NCBI GenBank assembly: GCA_965645245.1 | Contig: OZ287073.1 | Location: forward strand, 496,001 to 560,000 | Direction of reading: 5' to 3' | DNA from: Massalongia carnosa | Lineage: Eukaryota | Length of the DNA stretch: 64,000 nucleotides | Part shown: piece after piece, positions 34,648 through 47,264 of the stretch | How the letters are laid out: each line of letters starts with the position of its first letter | How positions within the stretch are numbered: the stretch's first letter is position 1 | Notes under the pieces: model-generated | The model's database searches: none | Told to the model about the DNA's origin: nothing | What the model saw: the letters and a program-made list of their open reading frames with translations, nothing else | Program-made: the position numbers and the translations under genes

Positions 34648-36084
34648 CCGGAACCTTCTTTTTCTGATATGTGTATTTGACAGTCATCTTCATAGCAGGC
34701 CGTCCAGCTGAGGCATGCGTGGTTGCTTTCTCGTAGCGTCGCGTCTTCTCGTCTCAGCGTCGGGATATTACTTGTTTGCGAGGCTGTGCTTCCCAATACT
34801 CCCTCAACTATCTCTCCTAGTTGGAAGTCGCGCTCGAACATGCGCTCCTTGGAAGTCTTCTCGGGCTGGTTGGTCATAACCCATGCTCCAGGGATTCTGC
34901 CCATTCGGTCCAGTCCTACAATCATTTCATCGAACTGTTGTCGCCCTAGTTCGGTCCATCCACACTCGTCCTCATCCTCTTGTCTAGGATACGGTGTTGG
35001 TGGTCTAATTGTTGTCTTGATTGCTTCGTTCAACTGCGTTGTTGTCGCAGGTGCCTCGTGTGATCCTTTTCCATTGAGCACCTCGAGTAATTCTTCTTGG
35101 GTCTCCACATGGAAGTATTCGTCATCTGTGCTGGGGTCCAGGGGGCTCTCGATGCTTCTTGCGGTTCCCTCCCTTTCTATCTCTTCCCATGCATCAGGAT
35201 CTCTTTTCAGTGTAGCATTGATCTGTCGTCATTGCACTAAGTTCTTCGATCGACAATCCTTCGCGAAGTGGCCCGGTTTGCCGCATGAATAGCACGTTTT
35301 GTTGTTTCTATTGTTTCCCCTATTCCTTCTAGGGTTGGTCTCCTTGCGTCGCTGTGTCGAGTCCAGTTCCATAGGCGTAGTACCGTAGCTATCGGTATTA
35401 TTCCTGAAACGTGGTCCTCCTCTGCGATAACCAGCTGGTCCCGTAAAAGTGTCTGCACTTCTGCGCGGATCGCTGTAACGTTTTTCCATGGCACGCTCGT
35501 AGAGCTTGTCGTCGAGTTCGATCGCGGCTTCCATCAAGGATCTAAGGCTATCTATGTCTCCGCCCCATCTCATAAGTTCGTCCTTGACATTATCCTTAAG
35601 GCCTCTCTTGTACATGGCCATTAGAGCTGCGTCGTCCCACTCGGTTAAGTTGGCTTGTTCCTGGAATCGTGCTGCATACTCTGCTGCAGACGTTCGTTGT
35701 TGCAAATTTTGTAGCTCTCTCCGCTGTTTCTTCTTCACTGGAGACTCCAAAGACCCTACGGATCTCGGTCTTGAAACACTCATAGCGCGCGAATACATGT
35801 TCGGGATCTTCGTCATCTAGATGTTTGCGCAGAAATGGTTTGAACCATCTCTCGGCCCTTCCTCTAAGAAAGGTTGATGCGAATAAAGTTTTCTTTGCTG
35901 TTAGAACATTATTAATGGTGAAGTAGATGTCCACCTCTGTGAGCCAATCGTCCAGTCCATTGCGATCTCCGTGGTATACGTCAGGCTTGTTGACCCTGAC
36001 CTTGTCGTCATCAGTAGTCGTCGTCTGGTGCAGGATATTGCCAATGGTGCTTGGAGTAGAAGTTCGTTGACCTGATACAGACAT
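34563..36084 (-). pseudogene. Gypsy gag with a frameshift and an internal stop
   Basis: KPDVYHG, FLRGRAERW and CYSCGKPGHFAKDC. The same frame continues past TGA 35229 to 34563. Slippery GGGAAAA at 34587-34581. Confidence 0.9.
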
Positions 36085-36573
36085 CTTTAAGGGTGTTCAA
36101 AGTGCTACGCGTCTTCTTTGGTGCCTCAGGCGCGAGGGGTGTTTGGTCTTATATAGAGCGGTCTGTAGTGTTCGTCAGGTACAACGGGAATAGCTTCACA
36201 TAGATGGGAACAATCGTCAATGCAGTAGATTGTAACTATGAAGTTAAGATGGTAGGGAAGGTTGAACACGAAGTTTCCATAAGGGAATCTTCGCTACCTA
36301 TATAGTCCTTGCTCACCATGCTCGTCCGCGAGCCCGGTGAGCCTGGTGAGCTCCCCAGCTCGCCCTGCTCACTAGTGAGCCGGGTGAGCTTCCCGCTGGG
36401 TCTAAACCTAGAAAGGTTTAACTGTTCGATCCATAGTAGGATGTCCTATCCTACTAGGGTCGTAACAAGTTTCAATTGATCGGATTCTGGGGTCTATGCG
36501 CGGGTGGCGACTGCCGGGCGAGTGACAGTCCGGGTCAATTCCAGAAGCAAGGAATATTCTTCCTAACTTTTTT

Positions 36574-36867
36574 TCATGGCTGCCCCTTCATCAACGGATG
36601 TTCCTTTTCACTAAATTTGTCACTGGACTGTGCAAAAGATAGATGGACTTGCAAAAAGCAACAGCTAAATTCAAAAAAATTTTTACCATTGTTTGCTACG
36701 GTAACTGTCGAGATGATTGTAGATTTGATATCTTTCATAGTGTTTATGACGAAGTAGACCTTTGCGTTCGCAAGCTGTGCCAACTCGTTCATCTTTTTGA
36801 ATAGTCTTTTTATTCGCTTTTTGGCTCTTACTCGATTAATGTGTTGCTAGGTTCTAAATTTTGTCAT
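36574..36867 (-). pseudogene. MADS-box-like (SRF-TF) degenerate ORF
   Basis: RVRAKKRIKRLFKKMNELAQLANAKVYFVI resembles the MADS core KR..GLFKKA.EL..LC.A.V..I. An early stop is present. Confidence 0.5.
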
Positions 36868-39419
36868 GAAGATAAAGAGAGATGCTTTGGGCGTTCTTTT
36901 TTGGAGCTATAATGACAATATATATTATTGAAAAATAAACTGACTCTCAAAAGCAGTGAAAGGATGTAGCCTCTTTTCTGAATGGCGCTAGTTATAGGAT
37001 AATACAACGGTCCTTATCGAAAGCTCAGCTATATAGAAATATAGGGTTATTCATTTTGTTATACTTATGATTTTATGACTCTCTACTTCTAAGGTCTAAA
37101 ATCATCCAAGTCCAGGATGCGTGCCGCATACCGGAATAGGTCTATTATTACACGTGACCATAATAATGTATAGTGCCATAGGTTGGTATCCAACAAGTCA
37201 TGAGGACCGCGAAGGAAAAATGAATGCCATGCGGTTCACTTCCGGATGCTAAAAGAAAGATGTGACTGATTTATCACGTTTCAATATAACGTTTCCTCTA
37301 CGAATAGCTATATAGTTCGCTTGCTGTTAGATCGGTTCTAGCACTCTAGAACTAAGGTGAGTCTAGGACTGACAATAGATATTGGAGACTATCTCAATGA
37401 ATATACTATGCATGAACTCAACGCGCTTGTTCTACTATGTATCTTGTAACAAATATCAGATACTCTAGTCAGACCGAGTCTCCCTCTAGCGCTGAACTAG
37501 ATCGTCTTTAGATACCTCGAGCTCCAGATCTCTGGAGTTCAAATCTGTCTATAACGCTGGCTGATTATCGAAAGATTTGTGGGCAGACGATTTGACCCAT
37601 CAGAATTGAGAATAGTATTTCGTCCTCTTTAGCACTTCGACGACGATTTGACCAATGTAAAGGTAATTCACGGGCTCTATCGTGTCATCAGAATATCATA
37701 TAATTACTATCTATGTTTGGGCAACTCCCCCTCGCTGCTGCCATGCTGGCGCTTAGTTTTGCTGAGGGCCCTGCCTATAATGGCTTTATTATTGCAGCGG
37801 TGAGGGGAAAACTCTATCTACCTATGCGGCTGAATCAAGGAGTGAGTATGTGGGCAAAAGTCCTTTTGGAGCTAAACTCCGAATCAATTGTGATGATGAG
37901 GAGAAGAGTGCTAAAAGGCCACCTATTTCTGCTTTTTTCTCCCGTCCAACATCCGACCTTCGGCCTTCGTCGGCTATCCGCGGCCTGCCTCTACTCGGTC
38001 CCGGGATTACCTTTCCCCTGTGAGGCGAAGTACGAACAGTGTGACTATATGGCTCTACAGTAGTGGTAGGACAATAGAATAGGAGTCACTATAGAACAGC
38101 AGTAGGTGGAGTGTAATCAATGGATTGATTAGTGGCCCTCCGAAAGAGGTGGGCGAAGGGCTGTTTATCCTATAGCCCCACCTTGATCAGGCCACGTTCG
38201 TCAAACTAATTGCTATTACATGATTGGACCAGTTGAGACTATCGCATGGGTGTCTTCCCGCGTACCCCCTGCAGAAGTATGCGACCGCTTCCTGTCTTAT
38301 AGAAAGCTGTCCTGACATCGCCCGAGCCGAATTACTTAGATCTGATCCTTAGTTATGCCGTCTCTTTAATAGTTGGAATACTCGCTTAGCCCTATTAGTT
38401 CTAGCTCAGCCCTGCAGGCTGCCATGACTGCTATAAGCAGTCATCTCCGTAGTATTTTCAACATTATACCGTCAACTGTTCATTTAACAACCAATCAAGG
38501 TATACAATTCTTGTTCTTACCAACATGAATACACTGACTGAATTCGCGCGCCGTTCTCCTGGAGATCGGGCATCCCCCGCCGCATCCAGTCACGTGTCTC
38601 CAATATTGATCTAACGGCCAGATCAGTATCCGAGGTATCCTATGGCGTAGATATTGCATTGTTACCTGACGGATTCGAAAGGGCTTGATCCATATAACCT
38701 TTGCAGAACCCATGACCTTCGGGTGACAAATGAATTCAACTTCCGAATGGTTAGCCGGATACTTGTACATTTTGAGTACGTATCAACGCCAATATCTGAT
38801 TTGACTGGCAGATTGCTATATTTCTTCTATTGCTCATTATTCAGCTCAATAGAGAAGCTAAATATCCCGTTGGCTATTGGCGCCCTTGAAGCTAGAAGCA
38901 GTTGTATAGAAGAGGCTTCAAGTAGCTGCATAATCTAGGGCCCAGCAGTGATAATAATTTTGGTATTCTCGGCATTCATGAATTCCGTCGAAGTTATTAT
39001 AGCTTGGAACTTTCCACTTGTATTGACTTCCATGCGAATTACTCGGTCATCCAGAAACTTTCCTCCAGCGAGGCAGAGTGAAACGTTAAATACGAACGAG
39101 TTTTTGAAAAAGTTTAGAAAGATCTACAGAAGAAAAAACTCTTATGACATTGAAGTGCACAACTCGATAAAATCGTAAATTCTGAAAAAGGATTTTTCAA
39201 GTTTGATGATCAAGTACGAGAAATTTTTTTAGTACAAGATTACAGGCCTGAGAAGATTTTCTATCATTCGATTTTCAATGTCGACTTTAAACTGAATCTA
39301 GTCGCTGTTGTATTGATTATGTTTACGAATAATATTAAATCATTTAAAGTCTACAAAGCGATAAACTTCAATCAAATAACGCAAGTTGTCAGTTGTAAAG
39401 AAAAAAATGATATGGCAGT

Positions 39420-39661
39420 TGTCACGGTTTTTACTCGACACTACTAAGGTACCATACTATCGACCTAGCTACTTCAGATCTAACTCTCGAACTCGAGTTT
39501 AGGCTGATACAAGCGGAATAAGCCGCGGTTGAGTCGGCTGAGGACTAATGGGCGCTGGATTATATAGAGGCAAGATTTATCTTTCGATTGTTCTTTTCTT
39601 CTTTATCTTGATAATTTTCGTTTCTAGTGTCCTATAGACTAGTTCTAGGTAGACCGTAACA
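39420..39661 (+). repeat. Solo LTR (242 bp)
   Basis: TGTCACGG..CCGTAACA with TSD GCAGT/GCAAT and an internal TATATA. Confidence 0.75.
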
Positions 39662-39868
39662 GCAATCGGGATTTGCCGTTGCAGAAGAATTATGTTTTCA
39701 GCTATTATAGACTCGCCAAACATTGTCGATTAGCCTAGGACATAGAACTTGAATTTCAAGTGTGAAATACTTTGTTAAGTGTTCCTCCTTTACTCTTCCT
39801 GTTGTGGCTAGACGATATTTCTTCAAGAAATTTTTATTGCATCAATAGAGAAGAAGGTCAAATGCGCT

Positions 39869-40020
39869 TACGCCGCGTAACGGGTCGGATTTCTCTTCTG
39901 AAAACCAAAAACGTTTATGGCGACCCCTATGATTTTTGGTGTCCGGGTTGAATTTTAAACGAAAAACCCGGTGGCGAAAAAGAAATTTTGTGTCAAAAAC
40001 TCAACCCGTTACGCGGCGTA
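39869..40020. mobile_element. hAT-type MITE (152 bp)
   Basis: Perfect 17-bp TIR TACGCCGCGTAACGGGT and exact 8-bp TSD AATGCGCT. Confidence 0.93.
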
Positions 40021-40835
40021 AATGCGCTCGAATAGCTTTAATCATGTCAATCTTTTAATTTAATTAATTCCAACGACCGCAATCCGTCCAGTCGATTATA
40101 ACCTGCGAACAGCTAACCTCCTCGAATTCGAGGAAGAAATTATCGACGTTTCGATATCAATTGAAACGTCAATAACAGTTTCTTTTTCACTATCTCGAAA
40201 GCGGCGCGCGTACTGAAAGCGATCGAAAAATTTCTTATATTAAACGCTCATATTGATTCCGTATCATTGCTAAAAGCAGTCGTTGAATAGATTTACGTCG
40301 TCGTCGATTAGGACGATGGCAAAATGATTCTTGTTTAAATTTCTTTCGATATTAATTTTCTCAATAATGACACTCGACTGAAGATCATTTTATTGGGATT
40401 TTAAATTAGCGTCGAAGAATCATCTGATGTTTGTTATCATGTACGTACTTGTAACAAGCGCAGCATCAGTCTCTTTGCCTCTTTTCGACAAGCTTCGTCG
40501 TCGCTAAGTCATAAGCGAGATTATCGTTAACGATTCTGTTGAAATAGGTATATGACTATGGCTATATGGCTATGATAAAAATGGTATGTATGACCGTGAT
40601 GTTGAGGATGAAGAGTGCTGTTCAGCAGTCTTTGTCCCATAACTGGTCACCCTCTGCTAAGCGAGGTGATAAGATTATCTGAGCCGATCTTATCTAATCT
40701 CTAGGCTAAGCCTAATACGGCATCTACGGTTTCTGTAGGTGCTCTGTCCATCTTGGGCAGTCGTAGGTGCTATGTTCATTGAACTGGTAGGTGTTCACTG
40801 TACTGGTAGGAGTTGAATATTCAACACCCCCCCTC

Positions 40836-43800
40836 AAGTCCTGCCAGTACTTGTTTTGCCTGTAGGATCAACCGTGGTTGAATTGTTATCCATGTGTAAT
40901 TGTCTGACAAACGAGAAGAACTTAACAAGTGAGAGGTTTTGTCAGTCCGTCTGCTATCATGTCTTCTGTTGAGACATAGGTGAGGACGATTCGTCCCTCG
41001 AGGACCTCGTTCCGGATGAAGTGATGCTGTCGTTCCGGATGAAGTGATGCTGAATGTCTATGTGCTTAGTCCTAGCGTGTAAGACAGGATTTTTGGCAAG
41101 GGCTATGGCGCTTTGATTATCGTCTTTTAATGCGATGGTGCCTTCTCCTCTTAACACATTTACCGTTGGGGATTCGTTCTCTATAGTCATTAATCCAAGT
41201 TCGGTCATCAGTAAACGTAGCCATGTGGCCTCCTTTGCTGCTAAGGTAAGTGCCATATACTCTGCTTCAGTTGATGATAATGCGACGGTTGTTTGTCTTT
41301 TGGAGCACCAGCTTATGGGTCCATTGTTTAACATGAAGAAATAACCAGACGTTGACTTGCGTTCTTCCTTGTCTCCGGCGCAGTCGGAATCGGAATACCC
41401 TTGTATTGTCAGGTCTCCTCCGGCGAAGGTGATACCTCTGTCCTTGGTAGCGCTAAGATACCTGAGAATATGTTTGGCCGCTTCCATGTGTGTCCTGCTT
41501 GGATTTTTCGAATGTCGACTGACTGCAGATGTTGCAAAAGCAATGTCGGGTCTTGTTTCTATCATCGCGAACATGATGGATCCAACAATGGTTTGATATT
41601 GTCTAATGTCTTTGTCGGAGGCTTGGGATTCATTGGTGAAAAGACATTCTTCTCGCATGGGAGTATTGGCTGTTTTTGCATTTTGCATATGAAATCTTTC
41701 TAGCACTTTCTCAATATAGGTTGGTTGAGATAGCTTGATGATCCTTTTGACTCGATCTCGTTCGACCTTGAGACCTAAGTAGTAACTGATCGGTCCCATA
41801 TCTACCATTTTGAATGCTAGCTTGAGTTGTCTCTTGACTTCGGTGATCATTTGGGAGCCCTTTGGACCTATGATGTTCAGATCATCAACGAAAGAAGTAA
41901 CGATGGGACCTTTTATGCCTTGAGGTGTGGCGAAGATGCTGTGGTCTGCGTGAAGCTTCTCGAGTCCTAATTTTTTCAGCAGAAAGGTAGAAAGTCGTTC
42001 ATACCAGAGGCGAGGAGACTGTTTTAGACCATACAGGGCCTTGTTCAGTTTACATATCATGCCGGGTACGTCATAACCTTTTGGCATGTGAACATAGATG
42101 AGTTGATCAATGAAGCCATTCAGGAAAGCTGTCACTATATCGAGTTGTTCGATATCCAAGTCATGATAAGCAGCTAATGCGAATATCAGACGAAAGGCCA
42201 TCGGCTTGACCACAGAAGCGAAGGTTTGATCGAAGTCTACTCCGTATTGTTGTAGATATCCCTTGACGACCCATCTAGCTTTGAAGCGGGTGATGTTTCC
42301 ATTCACATCTTTCTTTAGCTTGTATACCCACTTACCGCTTAATGCTATGTGTCCAAGTTTCATGGTTTCGATAGGTACAGTGTCCCAGGTGTTGTTTTCC
42401 ATGAGGCTCTTGTGCTCTTCGTTCATTGCCAGGCTCCATTCGTTTGAATAGCTGGAGTTCATTGCTTGATGATATGTCTGTGGCTCAGCTATGTCTGATT
42501 GAACGAACGCATCAAGATCGTTTAGGTTTGCTGCTCCTCCTTTTTCCATTTCCTTGGCTAGAATTATGAGTGGATCTTCTTCATCTTTGTCTACCATTGT
42601 GAAGATATGCTCTGGTTCAGTCAGTGCTTCATTAGACAGAAGGGCCAGTACTTGTGCTACATGAGCATGTTTCCTGGGCCTACCTCTTCCTCGTTTTGAA
42701 GCTTCGGTGACTTCGGGATTTAACTGTGGTTGAGTTCTGGAAGAGTTGGAAATGGCTTTAGGCAGATTCTCATCTTCTTCAACAATCATCACGGAATCGT
42801 ATGTAGGCAGATCAGTCTCATTCTTGTCTATGGCATCTTCATGAATTCGTAGATCTTTGACTCGAATGACCTTGTAGTCTTTTTCCAGGAAGACGCGATA
42901 GATAGTGTTTCCGTCATATCCACACAAGATTCCTTTCTGAGCTCTTGGGGCGAATTTTGCAGACTTGCTGTTCATTCCCTTTCGCTCTTGTTCATGAATC
43001 AATGCATAAACGGTGGATCCAAGTACTCTCAAGTGATCTAGCTTGGGTGGTTTGTTCTCAAAGACTTCATAGGGGGTTTTACCTCCCAAGGCGTTTGTTA
43101 GTCTAACGTTTTTGGTGTGAACCATGGCTAAAACGACTTCTGTCCACAGATAATCTGGAATTCCTCCACCAATAACTGTGCATCTTGTCATGTCCATGAT
43201 GGTCCTACCCATTCGTTCTACGACACCGTTTTCTTCTTGAGAATATGTGGCGGAAGGTTCATATATTATACCTTGTTGAAGGAACCAGTTATCTGACTTG
43301 TGACTGCGTAGTTCTGTGCCGAAGTCAGTGCGAAAGATGCTTATTGGTTTTGCTTTCCCAGATTTGTTTTGAGCCATGTTGTTGTATGTCAACAAGTGAT
43401 CAAACCATTCACTTTTTTTGTGTCCCGTATAAACATGAGTGTATCTGCTGGCGTCACAGGTGAAGGTGAAGAAGTAGAGCTCTTCAAGGAGCCCTACTGG
43501 TTTGATTGGTCCTACCATGTCGGAGTTTATTTTCTGGAAGATCTCCGTGGCTTTCTCTTGTGAAGTTCGATTGTATATCTTGGTGGCTTTCCCCATCTCG
43601 CAAGCACGACAGAACCAACCCTGATTGATATCGTCAACAAACGTTATGTTCAGTGTTTTCAGGTACTTTCGGCATGTCGGTATGTTGAGATGACCAAGAC
43701 GTGCATGCCAAGTTGTGAGCTTGAATTTTATGAAAGTTTGATGAATAGCGACGTTTTCTTCTTGATAAGTGTTCTTGTCAATCTTGTTCAGATGCATCCT

Positions 43801-44220
43801 CATATCTAGAGTGTCTATGGTTTGTAGCATGAAGTTGCTGTTAACTCTGGGTACATAACATATGATTTTCTTGGTAGGTTCAAGGAACAGTCTCCAGTTC
43901 GAGTTATCATAGAAAATAGAATGCTGATTGAGTAGTCCAAGGCTGACGAGGCTCACAGGGCATTGAGGAATGTAAAGTACATTGTTGAGGGTCAAAACTG
44001 AACAAGGTGATCCGTCCTCTGATGTCAAAGTTTTTTGAATAGTCCCTCTTCCTGGCGATGTGCCTGTGGACGTTGATCCTGCTAGTCCTGTAGGATAGTC
44101 TATGTAGTCAGTGAAAGAGGGTCTGTGATTGTATACATGCATATCTGCCGCGCTGTCCAATAGCCAAGAACTTCTACTGAGACTTGTCATAGTCATGACC
44201 TTCTGTAGTCTAACGGTCAT
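40836..44220 (-). CDS. Copia-3 pol (PR-INT-RT-RH); a 23-bp duplication frameshifts the RNase H end
   Basis: WLLDSAADMH, WHARLGH, RTDFGTE, LYGLKQSPR, FVDD, GYSDSD and HARTKHIDI. Tandem tcgttccggatgaagtgatgctg at 41007-41052. Confidence 0.93.
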
Positions 44221-45175
44221 GACCTTTGTGAGTCAACTGCTCACAGTTGGTAGGTCTGTTGGATACGGTGGATGTCGGGACCGTTTCCGTTTTGGAATCA
44301 GAGGTCCTTGTTCCTCTTGTCTTCATAGACTCCAAGGGGTATGTTTGACGTCTCAGATTTGGGTATTTCTGAAAGCATTTCTCTAGTAAGTGGGAAGTCC
44401 GCCCTCTTCGGACACATTCTGGAAAGGTGCAAGTTCCTGGTGGTGCTTTTCCGTTGTTTCCGGCAACGCCAGTTCTGGAAGCATTGATGTGGAGTGCCTT
44501 CCTCTCTGGCCTGCTGATGGAGTAAGCGGTGATTGATCTGCATGCAGTCGTGAGGTTCGATCTGCCAGTAATCCAATCCCGACGAAGTTGAGCTATAAGG
44601 GGTAGATAGTCCTCGATGACGTTTCGTAACAAGTATCCTTGAAGGACTTGTTCTGCTCCCTTTGCGTTCAGTTCCGAGTCCTCATCTATCATGCCTTTTA
44701 TGGAGTTCAATGCTTTTTCATACTCAGCGCAGTATTGAGTGACATTCTCATAATTCGTCATCTTCTTGGAGTTCATGTTGTAGATAATGTCGGTGATGCT
44801 CATGGGTGCGATGTCCTGAAACTTGATCTTCAAGATTCTCCACATATCGCCAGCTGTGCGGGTTGATATCAGAGTGTGATGCTGTGGGGCGACACGCATT
44901 TGAATGATTCCTTCGGCCTTGAGCATGAGAAGGCTCTGCTTTTCAACGTCAGCTCCGACTTTGGTAAAGATTTGTTCATCCTTGAGATTCGCCTCGGTGA
45001 AGCCCATCTCCAAGTACTTGCGCTTGACTGTGTGATACGTGATAGCGGGAATGTTGTCTTGAATAGCAAAGATACAATTCTTTTGCTTCAGAATGCCCTC
45101 GGTGTGCACAACCTATTGTGGATAATCTTCCGCTTTTTCTAACAACTGAATCACGTCTTGAGTAGAACTAGACAA
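44210..45175 (-). pseudogene. Copia-3 gag
   Basis: ORF 44210-45109 with CTFPEC..H..C. An upstream same-frame extension (SSSTQDVIQLLEK) is broken by TAG. Out of frame with pol. Confidence 0.75.
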
Positions 45176-45366
45176 CTTGTGAATGAAGAGTAGAAAGCTT
45201 GTGAATGAAGAACTTGATTTTTATATCTTAGAGTTCTATAATACAATGTGTGAGGGATAAAGTAGGAGGATGATGTGTTGACTTCTCCTTATGAGAAAAA
45301 CAAGCAGCATTCCTTTTACTTATCGTCATGCACCTCATTGTCCTAGCAATATTTGCTCCAAGCCCA

Positions 45367-45617
45367 TATCCTAGTGATGATTTGTCTAACACTTGGTAGC
45401 TTGATTGTAGTCTGATGAACTTTGATCTATCATCGGCTTATATCCTAGTGAACTTTTACCTATCACTTGTTAGCTTGATTGTAACCTGATGAACTTTGAT
45501 CTATCATCGGCTTCTATCCTAGTGAACTTTTATCTATCACTTGGTGGCTTGATTGTAACCTGATGAACTTTGATCTATCATCGGCTTGTATCCTAGTGAA
45601 CTTTTATCTATCACTTG
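45367..45617. repeat. 74-bp tandem repeat x 3.4 in the copia-3 leader
   Basis: tatcctagtga recurs at 45367, 45441, 45515 and 45589. Confidence 0.9.
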
Positions 45618-46764
45618 ACGACAAGGAAAAACAGAGTATGAACAGGGATATACCGTTTTCATTTAACAGACACAGGGCCTGTTAAATGAAACAGGGATCT
45701 TCCACTTTCACTACTTCCATGTTTTCCCTTCTGTGGCGTTCAAGAAATATCTTTTGGCAAGGAAGGACTACCTTTCCAAGATGGGTCTGTATCTCTTCCT
45801 GCTCCCTGAACCTAGTTGACATAGTGGTATCCTTTGGTCTTTAGAGGTTCATCGTTCCTTCTAATCTCCAGGCATACACGCTATTCAAAGGTTTGTTGAG
45901 ATTGCCTTGGGCCTTTGGGCTAACGGCCTGTCTGGTGTCCAAGGTCTTTGTAGGTATTGTGCATTTGAATTTCGTGTAATGATGCATGTGCGTAGTTCAC
46001 GATAGATAATCGTGGTGAGGTAAATTCTAAGTACGCAAAGAAATTTTTTAGTATTGCATCTAAGGGGTTTTTTTTTTGTAAACGATGATGCTTAGCTATT
46101 ATGCACTGTAGTGCTGCGGATGAGCAATTCGATTCGTGACTGAATCGATAGCGCCCTTCCGGGCTCATAACCTGTTGAAATAGGTATATGACTATGGCTA
46201 TATGGCTATGATAAAAATGGTATGTATGACCGTGATGTTGAGGATGAAGAGTGCTGTTCAGCAGTCTTTGTCCCATAACTGGTCACCCTCTGCTAAGCGA
46301 GGTGATAAGATTATCTGAGCCGATCCTATCTAATCTCTAGGCTAAGCCTAATACGGCATCTACGGTTTCTGTAGGTGCTCTGTCCATCTTGGGCAGTCGT
46401 AGGTGCTATGTTCATTGAACTGGTAGGTGTTCACTGTACTGGTAGGAGTTGAATATTCAACAATTCAAAATCTCTGATTGCTGTACGTATACGTCGATTC
46501 GCTTTCGCAAGTTAATAAAGCTTTGTCGTTGAAAACATATCGATCTTGAATATTGCACATTTCGATCGACTTGAATATCTGCGTCTTGTCAGATCACGCG
46601 CAGAAATGCTTGCAGCAGTTCCATTATCTGATCGTGATTTCACTCGTGATTTTCTCTAATTCGAGCATAAGAAGAATTATTATCAACTCGAAAAGCAGAA
46701 TCTCGAAAAATATATAGTCATAATGATGTTCTTGATAAAAGAGATAAAGACGTTAAATATCGTA

Positions 46765-46934
46765 TGTGGCGAAGCGAGATAGTAAATAGATTTCTACCAT
46801 TGCGCCAGCTGTCCTCCCGACTAAAAGGCACAATACTTAGTTCGCAGACTAAGTTCTATTCTACTATAACTGGGACTCCTGCTATGTTCGCTATAGGTCC
46901 TGCCGTCCGCATCATGCATGGTCGAACCGTTACA
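46765..46934. repeat. Solo LTR (family B, copy 2)
   Basis: Homologous to 4346-4516, TSD TCGTA/TCGCA. Confidence 0.88.
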
Positions 46935-47019
46935 TCGCAGATCATGCGATGGTAAAGGATTATCTAGATTTTCCGACATGAAGAAAACTTTTATAGCTCT
47001 TTATAATAATAATAATGTA

Positions 47020-47264
47020 TTTTGCCACGCAACTGCTTGAACAGCAGCCGGGCAGTCTCTCTTTAGTTTGAAAAACAGGTATCGCAGATTTTCGAGATAC
47101 AGGAATCAATCCGCGGGAGCGGCGAACCCCCGATGAAGCGGATACGCAAGAGTAGTTTTTCACCTTTGGGTTTTCTACTTATTACATAGCTTATATAGCA
47201 TCTCCCGCATGGGCCGGCCTTCGGCCGGTGACACAACGGCGTAAGAATAATCAAATCAAATCAA
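47020..47264 (+). mobile_element. 3' end of a SINE- or LINE-like retroposon with a (TCAAA)n tail
   Basis: cccgcatgggccggccttcggccggtgaca stem-loop followed by a microsatellite tail. The 5' boundary is uncertain. Confidence 0.55.

Larger units (their letters stand above)
30244..36467 (-). mobile_element. Ty3/gypsy chromovirus (Boty/Skippy-like), full length, degenerate
   Basis: LTRs at 30244-30622 and 36103-36467 differ by indels. TSD AGTTT on both sides. PPT GGAAAGGAGGG at 30627-30637. Confidence 0.95.
40537..46462 (-). mobile_element. Ty1/copia element (copia-3), full length
   Basis: 290-bp LTRs at 40537-40826 and 46173-46462 with one substitution seen. PBS GGTTATGAGCCC and G-run PPT. The flanks share only a 4-bp ATTC. 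Confidence 0.95.

Noticed and set aside
36900..39400. Short ORFs and a possible decayed solo LTR near 37325-37556
   Set aside because: No recognisable domains, and the termini and TSD are too degenerate to call.
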